From contig JBHGNT010000022.1 in the NCBI GenBank assembly GCA_043228905.1, positions 11,718,001 through 11,782,000 on the forward strand: a stretch of 64,000 nt of DNA. Direction: 5' to 3'. The stretch is from Azolla caroliniana. Lineage: Eukaryota; Plantae; Polypodiophyta. Below the pieces are notes generated by a model that was not told the DNA's origin, did not search any database, and was given only the letters and a program-made list of their open reading frames with translations. Positions 26,601 through 38,100 of this stretch are shown piece after piece. Positions within the stretch are counted from its first letter, which is position 1. Every line of letters starts with the position of its first letter. The position numbers and the translations under genes were made by a program.

Positions 26601-29600
26601 GATGCGAATCTGATGATAACCAGTTCGTAAGTCAATTTTCGTAAAATATCGAGCCCCGTGCAAACGATCAATCAAATCATCGGCACGAGGTAATGGATAT
26701 GCATTCTTAATTGTCATTTTATTCAAACGGCGATAATTGATACACATTCGCCACGAACCTTCCTTCTTCTTGACTAATAGAACTGGCGCACCCCAAGGTG
26801 ATTTACTATACCTAATGTGGCCCATACTCAAGTATTCCTTAAGTTGTTTAGCGATCTCATCCTCTTCTAATCGACTAAGTCGGTAAGGTGGAATGCTCAC
26901 AGGAGCAGCCCCAGGGATGAGTTCAATTTGATGGTCCACATTACGTTTAGGTGGTAAAGTAAGCGGTAATTCAGTAGGAAACGCATCTTGAAAATCCTCT
27001 AAAATAGAGTCGAGTAATCGTTGCTCAAAATGTGGTAATTGTGTGGCGTCAATATTAAAATAATAAAATTGAACCGCAGGATCAATTACACACGAATAAA
27101 TTAATGAACTAGAATACTCACTTAAAGATTTAGAAGACACAAGTGAATGAGAAGGAAGTTTGGAACATTGAATAAAATGTTTACAATTATTAAGTTCAAA
27201 TGTGATTGAGTGATTAACCCAATCAATGGACAAAGAAGGGTTTTTATTAAAAAACCAAGGATATCCTAAAATGACATCTGCGGATTGTAATTTCATAACA
27301 TGAAAGTCAAGCTTCTCCAAATAAGTATCTATTTGAATTGGCAGTTGACAAACAATGCCACTGATGTATTGAACGTTTCCATTTGCCATGTGAACTTGAT
27401 AGATATGATCACTTGCGTTTATGTGGAGCTCCATTTGCTGCACAAAGTGATCATTAAGAAAATTGTGAGAACTACCGGAATCAAACAAGAAATGTGCTTG
27501 TGTTCCATTGATATATCCGACTGCTCGGAGTAAATCATTAGGTCCAAGTAAATGTGAAGGAAAAGTGCATTCACATAAACTTAAGTGATTGGTATGAACT
27601 TCAACAATATCAAAAGACTCACCTGTGTGACTCGTAGATTTGTCTTGAGGAGGGGTGTTCATTGACTTCCTCTCAAGACGACGACAGGTATCCTTTGTGT
27701 GGCCCCGCTTCTTGCAATATGCACAGAAGAGGTTCGGTTTCTTTGAGTCGCGGTCAAGAGTGTCACTGGATTGCTTACGTTTCCCAATGAACTTGACATT
27801 CGGAGTTTTGGCGAACTCAGGTTTATTGTGGTCTTTCTTGGAAGTCCTATGGTATCGCAGCACAATGTTGACGGCTTCCTCGAAAGTTGTGGGGTCCTTG
27901 TCATGGACAATCCAATGATAATCCCCATTGGGAATACCATTCAAAAAACAAGCGACAAACCATTTCTCACCCGTAAGTCCCGATTTTTGGATCTGGGTCC
28001 GTGCGTGATGCACATAATCCTCGAGAGAGGTAAATGGCTTACTAGACAATGTGAGCAAGTGTTGCGCTTGTTCGGTTTGAGAAGGTGGCTGCAAGAATTG
28101 TTTCTTAAAAACATCAACGAAACCTTCCCAAGTTGTGGGTAAGTTTTTTGCGGTCCTTAGGCCACGCCACCAAGCAGCAGCTCAGCCACCTAACTCACGA
28201 CCGACATAACCAATTTTTACTGCATCGGGCTTGGGATGAAGCTCAAAGTGAGACTCCCAACGACCAAGCCAAGTGCTAATGGCCTCCTCGGTTCTTTCTT
28301 TCTTATCTCCCTTGAAAGGCGTGACTACGAAGGAAGGTTCACCTTCTTTCTTGGACTCAATAGTTAATTCTTGGAATTTCTTTTCCAATGCCATATTGGC
28401 CTGTCTCATTTCGGCCAATTGATTCAAGGTAGTAGTGAGCAATTGCTCAATAGTGATCTCAGCTTGTGTGCGAGATGCGGATTGGGGTTGAGAGGTCTCA
28501 TTTGGAGAGATCGTTCCAACTGCGTTGAAAACTTGTTCCATGATGCACGCTGTGGGTATGCAATAAAATAAGGAGGTTAAGAAAATACACAAGCAAAATG
28601 AATGCTTGAAATTTTGATTGAAAGAACTTTATCCAAGAAAGTATCTCATGTCTTTACCCCTCTAGACATATGAGATGTGATTCGAGATCCGATAACTATG
28701 GTAACACTATGGTGTTTTAAAAACCATGGGGGAAACATAGCTAAGATGTATTTCTCGGATCTCTATCTTGAGTAATCATGGCGGCTCCCTGAGGCTCAAC
28801 CATGGTTCTTACATCAATGAAATTTCCTAGATAGCCTTATATTAATGCCAACCCATCATGTATTATATGGTCGAGAAAGTGTATTACGTGAAAAAACAAG
28901 TGCACTCACAAGTAATATTCTAGTCTTGCGAGCAATAAGCAAACGTGATGATAAAATGATAAAATAAGGCACTACTCATAAGAGTTAAGTAGTGACGAAA
29001 ACAAGGGTAACAAAAAAAAAAAGAACCCATGTGTTACCTACGAAAAAAACAATGTCACAAATAAATGGGAAGTGCAAGGTATGCACATATACATCCCAAT
29101 ATGATTGTTATAACTTGCACAATTGTGACATAAGCCACAAATTGATACAAGTGATGACGGTGTTGTGCGCAAAGATGTAATACTCAAATCCATGAGTAAA
29201 ACATCAATAAGGGAACTCATGTGGTTTTACTCGTTTTCTAAGGCTTGATGATAAGAGTTAAACCTAGATGACCCGTTGAAAAAAATCGTTCAACAAGCCA
29301 CTCCATACGAAAAAATAGTCTACACGTAAAGGTTACATTAAAATAAACGATGTAAATACTTTATACATGAAAAGGAAGTGGAAAAAGGAGAGTTAATTGT
29401 GGGCGGGTAAATAATAATTACTAGAAAATCATATAAGTGAAACACTACTTATGAAATTAAAATTTAATTAGAATAATCAACAATTAGGTGTATGGAATCA
29501 AACATGCCCTAAGATACGAAACCCTAGGGTAGTTGACATGCACCTCCTCAAGACCACCACATATCCCTAGAATCGGCCAAGTAATGGCTAATTAAAGAGG

Positions 29601-30602
29601 AAAGTGGCATAGGTAAGTGACATATACCTCGTCAAGGCCACATCATCCCTTAGAATCGGCCAAGTGATGGCTCAATAGAGGGGAAGAGTGGTATACTCAA
29701 CATCATATGCAAAACGGCCATGAGATAAGCGTGTGCGATTAGAGCAAACACGCTCGACCCAATGCACAAGAATAATTATTATCGTAAGAGTTCAAGAGAG
29801 GAGAGAGTGGGATATATATCGCAATATGCAAAAGGCCATGAGTTGAGCGTGTGCGATTAGTGCAAACACGCTCGGCCCGATGCATAACAATAAGTAAAAT
29901 CGTAGCGTAGTAGGAGGTAGAAAGAAAGAGAATAAAACGTAATACCAATTTGATTCGACCATAAAGAACGCATAATAGAAAAAGAGAAGAGATCAAAAAA
30001 GAAGAATACCGGGTTTAGAGTGTTGTTTTGATCCTGAGAAGAGCATGACGAGCCTTGTTAGATCCCCCTCGCTCACACGCAAAAAACATCAAAACAACAA
30101 AAAAATTGTTAGTAATCGCTCTGATACCACTGTTAAGAGTCTATTACTAATCAATAGACCAAATCAAGTAATAAGGAAGAAAATAGATTGGATAGAAGAA
30201 CCCGTTCCACCCGACCACCCCCGAGCTATGATCTAGACATAGCCAACCTACCACCGACGTCCCATACCGCCGGATATTAGGATGACTAATACCTTGGAAG
30301 AGATAAACACGATCGTCGAGACGAAAGCCTAGCCCGCACCACCGGTGTCTACGACAGCAGCCTTCCGACGTGATTCCCTATGAGGGTAGCTAAGCCTCAT
30401 ATTTATACCTTTTCCTAGGCCCCTTGAATAGATGTGCCTTTCTAAAAGGCTCTCTATTCATTGGTTGTCTAAATCATGATAGTGCATGCACATATCATTC
30501 ATTCTATCCAATCATTAGTCCCCTTTTTAATAATAGTGAACATACCCTTCACTAATGTAAATATTAGTGACCTACCCTCACCAACGTTATGTGTACATAA
30601 CA
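23659..30602 (-). mobile_element. Ty3/gypsy chromovirus H, near-intact, recent
   Basis: 472-bp LTRs 30131-30602 and 23659-24130, with 3 differences seen by eye. TSD GGAAG at 23654-23658 and 30603-30607. PBS TGGTATCAGAGC at 30118-30129; PPT next to 24131. Confidence 0.97.
24138..28541 (-). CDS. gag-pol polyprotein of element H (gag, CCHC, PR, RT, RNase H, IN, chromodomain), one in-frame TGA at 28182-28184
   Basis: ORF 28541-28182 and the 1318-aa ORF are in the same frame (..[17 protein letters not shown]). Motifs [61 protein letters not shown]. Confidence 0.92.
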
Positions 30603-31365
30603 GGAAGGTCAAGAGTAAATCCTTGACATCGTTATGTAGACCATAATGAAATTGCTCTATTAGTGCTTGGTCATCCCAGGGGATATCGGAGGCAAGTGGC
30701 GGAAATCTACAGCGTATGCGGAGGTTGGATGATCACCTTGACCTAATCGTCAGATTTTGTTGATTGTTGTCCTTATGCTGTCAATATCTCCAAAACAGGC
30801 TTTAAACTCACTTAAAAACTCTTCAAAATTATTTAGTAAAGGAGATTCATTTTCTAAAAATCGAGTGAACCATGCCAAAGTTGAGCCACTTAACAACATG
30901 CCTACTAAACCCAGTTGTGATGCATCGGTGGGATATCGGGAAGGATGCATTTGAATGACTAATCGCACCTGATTAAGGAATCCTCTAAATTGCGATCGCA
31001 TTCCATCGAATTTCATGGGAAGGCCGATCTTGGGTTCTTTATGAATCCCTTGCGTACTAGGTCCTTGTTGTTGCATCGCTACTATGGTTGCTTCAAGCTA
31101 TTGCACGCGTAACACTAGTTCCCCATGTTGTTGTTGCGTTTGCTGCTTCTCTAAGGAGATTTGTTGAAGCTCCCCCAACAGTCATTGATTTTCTTGTTCC
31201 AATGCGAGAAACTTCTCTTTCAACCATTGCAACTCCGAAAAAACGGATCGATATTCTTGAGCGTTAACAGTGGCCATAGTATGAGAGAAAAGAGGAATAA
31301 ATTTTTTTGATTGGCATGAAGGGAGGGAGAAGGAAGAAGATAAAGGAAGAGAAGGAAGGAGACAA

Positions 31366-31379
31366 AAATCGGTTCAAAC
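31366..31379 (-). promoter_or_regulatory. Putative self-priming PBS of element F
   Basis: Element-sense TTGAACCGATTT lies 2 nt after the 5' LTR. It is complementary to an LTR 12-mer (19498-19509, 12/12; 31605-31616, 11/12) about 33 nt downstream of the LTR TATA box. Confidence 0.75.
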
Positions 31380-31756
31380 TGTCAGGAACAATACTAACAT
31401 AGAGAAGTATTGTCAGGAACAGTACTAAGACAGAGAAGGAATTAGTACTAAAAGATGAGGATTAGTACTAAGGGAGGTGTAGAACTCTCGAGGGAAGGAA
31501 AGAGTGAGTGAGTGAGTGAGAGAGAGAGAGAGAATGATGATAACAAAAGATATATATTATGTTAAGAGAATATACAATAGTAGCTAGGAGGCTTAAGACT
31601 GGCGTTGAATCGATTTGGTTCAAAATAATGCCTTGTGCCTCCTTTTATAGTGTTCTCAAGAGTACTCCTAAAGTTTCTGGAATGTTCCAGAGAAATCTGG
31701 AATATACATCAATTTTCCATAGTAAAACTTAAATGAAAATAATATTTTTTATATTA

Positions 31757-31827
31757 CAAAATATAGTCTAATGGTTAAGAGTTCAACCCATGTAACATAA
31801 GGTCATAGGTTCGAGTCTTGCTATATC
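31757..31827 (+). promoter_or_regulatory. tRNA-like Pol III A-box/B-box module in 5' LTR of F
   Basis: TAGTCTAATGG (31764) and GGTTCGAGTCT (31808), 44 nt apart. Confidence 0.65.
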
Positions 31828-33620
31828 ATGACACTAGTTCGTCTATTACTTATATAGTCAAGTTACATGGCGAACATTATTGTAACTGCTCTCTTACTAT
31901 TCTTGGCCTGATTCGGCTCGACTTGGGACATAGTAGGGTCTTTGGTTTGGTCTTACAACACATCATACACAACATTATATTTATCAATATTATTATTTAT
32001 TATTTCGGTGTATTTTATTTATTTGTTATTATTATTATTATTTTAATAACTATTATCTTTATTATTATTATCTTGTTTTTGTAACCAATTAACTACCATT
32101 ATTATTGTTATTGTTAGTCTTTTTTTTTCCTTGAAAGATTTTCTTCAATAGTATTAAAAATATCGAAAAATACAAGTAAAAGTTATTTTCCTGTAGGCTT
32201 ACAGCGTAATGTATCTACACCTAAACCTGTACATACAAAAACAACTTATACAGGGCTTTTGAACCTTAAACAGTACATTAGCATGTTGGTTTTGTATCAA
32301 GAAAGGGTCCATGGAATATGATGATTCCATTGAGGTCTTTGATTTGTCACTACAAAGAGAGGCACCTTCCTCCATAAGTGAATAATCTTCATCCTTCTTT
32401 TATAATGAATATTTTTTGGAGAACCGCACATGTTATCATATTGCCCACGAACTATTGTCAACAATGTTTCCCATATCTCAAGCAATACCTCTGGAAGACC
32501 AAGCTTTGCGGCATCGTAAAGTTGATTGCATCTACATTTCCATAATACCCATAATGTTATCGTAGTCACAATTTTCCAAATCTGGACAGATCGCACCTGC
32601 TTTCAAGGTTGTTGAAACGGACTAACTGATATCAATCTTCTGTTATGTACCATCATGGCCTCTTGTATATCATCTGCCTCATACAACATCAAGCTGGAGT
32701 GTAAAATTCCCCACACCATTGCTCCCCATGAGAACAAGCAACCAACATTGACTGTTAGGAATAAAGAAAGAACTTTATTCCATAATTGTTGAGCCAAGGG
32801 ACAAGACCAAAGGGCATGCTTAGTAGTCTCTGGCGTTGCATAGCAAAATCCACATTGCCTGAGATTATGTGCTACATTCCCTTTTAATGTCTAGCCAATT
32901 GGTAATGTTGCATGCACTAGTAGCCATCTAAAAAGAATAAATTTAGTTGAAAGACCAGATCCATCTCCAATATGTTTTCAACTACAACGTTGAAACACCC
33001 CAGTTAGTCCAATGTTTTTGTGTTGCTGGCGCCATTACATTCATAGACCTTAGTAATGACCTTCCTAGCTTTATTGAATACTGAAAGAAGGGAACCTTTA
33101 TGATCTGTTCCCCCAAGGAATATGTCAAAAACCAACCCCCCGGATCCCATAGTAGTCTTGCAACAGATTCTTTTGCATACAACCACATCATATCACACAT
33201 ATCAGTGATAAAAGGATAAGGGTCAAGCATCCACTTCTTTCCCATTTTTGCAAGCACTTTGACTGGTGCATTCTGCACGTGTTGAAAATAGCTGCAGTCA
33301 AAGGCATGAGGTTGCATTCTATTGTTATCAAGAACCTCAAAATAAGAGATGCACCCATTAGGTGAGATACCCTTGACAACCAACAATATATCATTTATGA
33401 AGCATCCAAACAAAAAATGCTCTTGTATGGGTTTGAAGGTCATCGCTAATGAGGAATATGACGTTGAAATGACAGTCGTCATTATCTTGGCTCCATGAAG
33501 AGCTTGTAAATGCGCAAGTCGATCTGCTTGTGGCATCTGTTGGAATTGAATCCAAGTGCTTACAGATGTAGCTAGCCCATTATCCAGTTTACGCCAGACA
33601 AGGTGAGTTCTTAGACCCAA

Positions 33621-35120
33621 TGTCGAGACTCGTGGGTAGGAGATAGAGTGAGAGCGAGAGCGATAGCGAACGAGAGAGGGTGTGTGTGTGTGCATGAGAG
33701 AGAGTGTGTGAGAGAGAGTGAGAGTGAGAGAGATAAGACTTGAAATAGAAATGAGATTATATTATGATGAAATAAGATTACAATGAGTAGGCTAAGGGCT
33801 AAAGACTGGTGTTGAACCGAATGAGTTGAAATGAATGTATGGACAGTTATTTATAGATCCTTATGGAGTATTCTAGAATGTTCTAGAATATTTTAGATTT
33901 TTATGATAAGAAATATAATCATGAAATATTAAAGGATGTTCTAGAATATTCTAATATCTCGTAATAACTAAAAATATAATGATTATAATCACACAACATA
34001 TATATTATTTCAATGGTTAAGGATTCAACACATAGACTAAGAAGTCGTGGGTTCGATTCTTGATAAGCCAAAAATGTTGTCTTGACATTATCCCCCCTTT
34101 CGATGAAGAGTTCGACGAGTCGGAAGACAAGAGTTCGGACTTGGTTTATGGGGATATTTGTCGTGAAATGCAACAACCACGTCAGAGGCATTAGCAAGAT
34201 GCTCTGCAGGCTCCCATGTTCGACCATTAGGTGTATAATCTAACCAATCAACCAAATAATATAGTTTGTTGCGGATGATCTTGGAGTCGAGAATGGCAGC
34301 AACCTCATATTCAGAGCCATTAGAAACTTCGATTGGAGGTGGGGGAGGTGTAAGACGACCCGGAATAGAGCTTGTTGTGTAGGGAGGTGAAACATGGAAG
34401 ACCGGGTGAAGACGCATATGAGGAGGGAGATCAAGACGAAATGTCACATCATTGATCTTACCAGAGATTACATATGGGCCGAAACGTTGATAATCCCATT
34501 TGTAGCAAGGTCGGGTGGTTTTAATGCTACCTTGTAAGAGCCATACACGATCTCCTACTTGAAACATAGTCGATGAATCACGTTGATGACGATCAACAAT
34601 CTTCTTTTGAGTGTTTTGGGCATCACATAAATGATGCAAAAGTATATCCTGAACTTCTTGGAGTTGAGTGAGTTGATCTTCAGCAGCCAGGTTTTGCGGG
34701 AGTTCGGGATGTTCAAGCATCGTCCAACGAGGATGGTATCCAATGTTAGCAAAAAATGGGGAATATCCAGTAGAAGAATGTTCTGAGTTGTTGTAAGCAA
34801 ATTCCGCCAAATGTAAATCCACCCAATCATCTTGTTGATAGTTGACAAAACAACGTAGATATTGTTTGACTGTTTGGTTGGTGCACTCACTCTGCCCATT
34901 AGTCTCTGGATGGTAGCCGAAAGAGAGTTTACATGAAGTATGTAAGAATTCTAGAATAATCTAGAATGTTTTAGAATATTCTAATATCTCGTAATAACTA
35001 AAAATATAATTATTATAATCACACAACATATATGTTATTTCAATGGTTAAGGGTTCAACACATAGATCAAGAAGTCATGGGTTCGATTCTTGATAAGCCA
35101 AAAATGTTATTTTCATGACA
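33621..35120 (-). mobile_element. Internally deleted chromovirus G (related to F) inserted in LINE ORF2
   Basis: TSD CCCAA at 33616-33620 and 35121-35125. 3' LTR 33621-34087, PPT from 34088, IN end and chromodomain (EYEVAAILDSKIIRNKLYYLVDW..TWEP). Only the outer ~170 bp of the 5' LTR remain. Confidence 0.92.
33999..34070 (+). promoter_or_regulatory. tRNA-like A-box/B-box module in 3' LTR of G (second copy 35029-35100)
   Basis: TATTTCAATGG (34006; 35036) and GGTTCGATTCT (34050; 35080), each 44 nt apart. Confidence 0.6.
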
Positions 35121-38100
35121 CCCAACACTTTTCCTGCATTATCCCAAAATAGAGAATTTCCAAGAAGAGGTTGATTAAGCAATGCATCCCAAGTAGAAGG
35201 CTTCTCCTTAATTAGAAATGGCTTGATCCCATCCCATGCCCTTATGATTCCTAACAAAAATAAGTTAGAAGCTAGATCCTGCCTTGACGTTTGTACATCA
35301 TTCAAGAACAACCATTTTAGAGAGGGAGACCAAACTCCCCCCATCCTAGGACTTAACTTCATTAGCTGGTTTAGAAACATTCCTTTCCAGGCTTTTGACC
35401 CTGGCAACAATCCTCGAATCACAAACTTAACCAAGAGGGCTCTTGACTGCATCAAAGGATCTATCAAACCCAACCCTCCATGGATTTTAGGTTGAATCAG
35501 CACCTTCCAAGCAACTTTGGCTATTCTTTGAGATCCATTTTTTCCTCCCTAGAGGAAATTACGAATCAAGCTTTGTACTTTCATTATTGTTGACCTAGAA
35601 AATAACCAAACAGAAGCTATAAACCACATGGAGGCCAAAAGTACTGAATTTGCTACTACAACCCGACCTGCAAAGGACAATTGTTGGGCATCCCAATATA
35701 GAAGTTTATGCTTTATTGATAATATCAGCGGGGATAACATAACTTCTGATTTTAACTCTATACCAACTAGGCATCCCAAATACCGAACAGGTTCACCTTG
35801 GTTAAGCTAGCGGAAAGTAGAAACTGGATACCAAGCGGGATGAGGCTCTCCACCCACCCATAACCCTACCGACTTATTCCAATTAAGAGAGGCACATGTA
35901 GCTTCCGAGAAATTCTGCAAAGCATTCTGTACCTGCCCAAGATTACCAATCTCCCCATCAACATGGAGGGTCGTATCATCTGCAAACTCAACATCCAATA
36001 TAGTAGATTGTGCAATAGGTAATGATATACCTTTTATACCAGTTGAAGAAGATCTTAAGTATGAGGCTAGAGCTTCCCCATACAAGATAAAAAGAGAAGG
36101 GGCAAGAGGACATCCTTGCCTAACCGACCTGGAAATTGGAAATATTGGCCCATAACCTCCAGCGAACAAAATTGAGCTAGAGGCTTGCCTATATAAGGCC
36201 GAAACACCATTTATCCATGCATTAGGAAAACCTAATCTTGACAACACTGCCTCAAGAAAGTCCCAATCTACTTTGTCATAGGTTTTTTCAAAGTCCAATA
36301 GTAAAATTGCCATTTGTTGTTTATTTTGTTGAGCTAGTGCAACCATTTCCCGGAACAAAAAGATATTATAAAAAATGCTTTTGTCTTGTATAAAACCAGA
36401 CTACGTATCATGAATAATAGATGGCAACAAAGATCATAATCTAATGGCAATTGTTTTTACCACAATCTTATAAATATCATTGCGCAGTGTTATTGGCTGC
36501 CACTTAGAAACTTCATCACATTGCACATTGGACTTAGGAATCATATATATTATTCCTTCCTTCCATTCCGCTGGAATAGTTCCCGTTGAAAAAATTAGAT
36601 TAGTCGCTCTAGTGAGGATAGGGCCAAGAAAATCCCAATAATGTAAGTAGAAGCCAATTCCTATTCCGTCTTTTCCGGGACAGACATCCTTACCCAAGGA
36701 TTTAGTTGCAAATAACACATCTTGAAACGTAAATGGTTGTATCAAATGAGATGCCATTTCATTTGTGATATTCTGCTAAATAGTTGCAAGTATATCTTGT
36801 TTCTCATAAAGACTATTTGTTGTAAAAGTTGTAGCAGACAACAATTGATGATAGTAATCTAAGATTATACCTCGCATTTCGGAGTCATCTGATGTATATG
36901 ATTCGTCATGCCATTTCAAGGAGGTAATAGAGACAGGTTTATATTTTCGTTTGAACTGATTAAAGAATTCCTTATTAACTCAATCTTGCTTTTGTGACCA
37001 GCGAGCAGTATTACGATAAAAGAAGAACGTCGAATGTGCTTGTTGCTTTTCTTTTAAACTTCTTTTTACCTGTTGCAAATAAGAAAGTAGCATGGATGAA
37101 GTTGGATACCTTTCCAATAGTTTTTGTAATGGTACAAGAACACGATGCAAATTGGCAATTTCTGAATTGCAACGATACACCAAAGCAGAGACTATATTCA
37201 TGAAGAAATTATTTGTATCAAGTATGGCATCAACCATCTTGCGAAGAATCAAACAATCATCCGTGAAGTTGTATTTTGACCATATCTGAACAATTGACAT
37301 CCGATGGCTATTATCAGATAGTAAGGAAGGAGGAATACCCCACTGCTTAGAGTATCTCTTCTTATAAAATGTAACATTTAGCTTCAGAGGGTCATGGTCA
37401 GATATCATTGATCCGGGAATAATGCCAAGGGATCCGCTGGCATCCCAAAAGAAACTGTTGGCATAAAATCTATCCAACGGAGACAAAGTTGCACTAACCA
37501 CACTCCCATCTGATCTAGAAAAATGTAGGGGCCCTTTGTATATGTGAGAAAGACTGCACCTTCCATAAATCCAAAAGAAAAAGAAAAGGAATCCCAACAC
37601 TTAGCTTCCCAACCTGAAATTGTAGTAGTTGTACATCCTATTCTATCATAAGCATCTTCAATCATATTAAAATCGCCTCCCACTAACCAACAATATGCTA
37701 ACCCCGCATATTCCACAAGAGAGCCAAAAACCCGCCCTCGCTGACGTTGAGTTAGGAACATAGATATTCATTAGGCCAACCTTCTGAGACCCTATTTTTA
37801 TGATAAGAAATTGTGCCCGTTTATTCATAACAGTACCTGCTGATAAGATAATAGATTGCAAGTGTTGTCTAAGAGCTATACATAATCCGGCCTGACAACT
37901 ATTTGGACCAAAGGTAGGAACCCAAAAATGAGTTCACCATCCTGGTAAAATGGATCCATACTTTTGAATCCTATCCCTGCACAGGTGATGCTCTTGCAAA
38001 AAGAGGATATCGATAGTGCCAATATTCTAAGAAGTACCTAAATTTGAACATACGAGTCCTTTAAATCTACGAAAAGCCTGACCACCCAGACCTTGCACAT

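Larger units (their letters stand above)
19267..31833 (-). mobile_element. Ty3/gypsy chromovirus F (Tcn1-like), decayed, hosting element H in gag
   Basis: LTRs 31380-31833 (5') and 19267-19726 (3'). TSD CTAGT at 19262-19266 and 31834-31838; PPT next to 19727. gag (PTDASQLGLVGMLLSG), PR, RT ([11 protein letters not shown]), RH, IN, classical chromodomain (EYEIVAILDSKIVRNKLY..TWEP). No TGG-type PBS. Confidence 0.95.

Noticed and set aside
28170-28195. Programmed stop-codon readthrough in element H
   Set aside because: The stop lies mid-gag, before the AAAWW motif, not at the gag/pol junction. CGA>TGA deamination is simpler.
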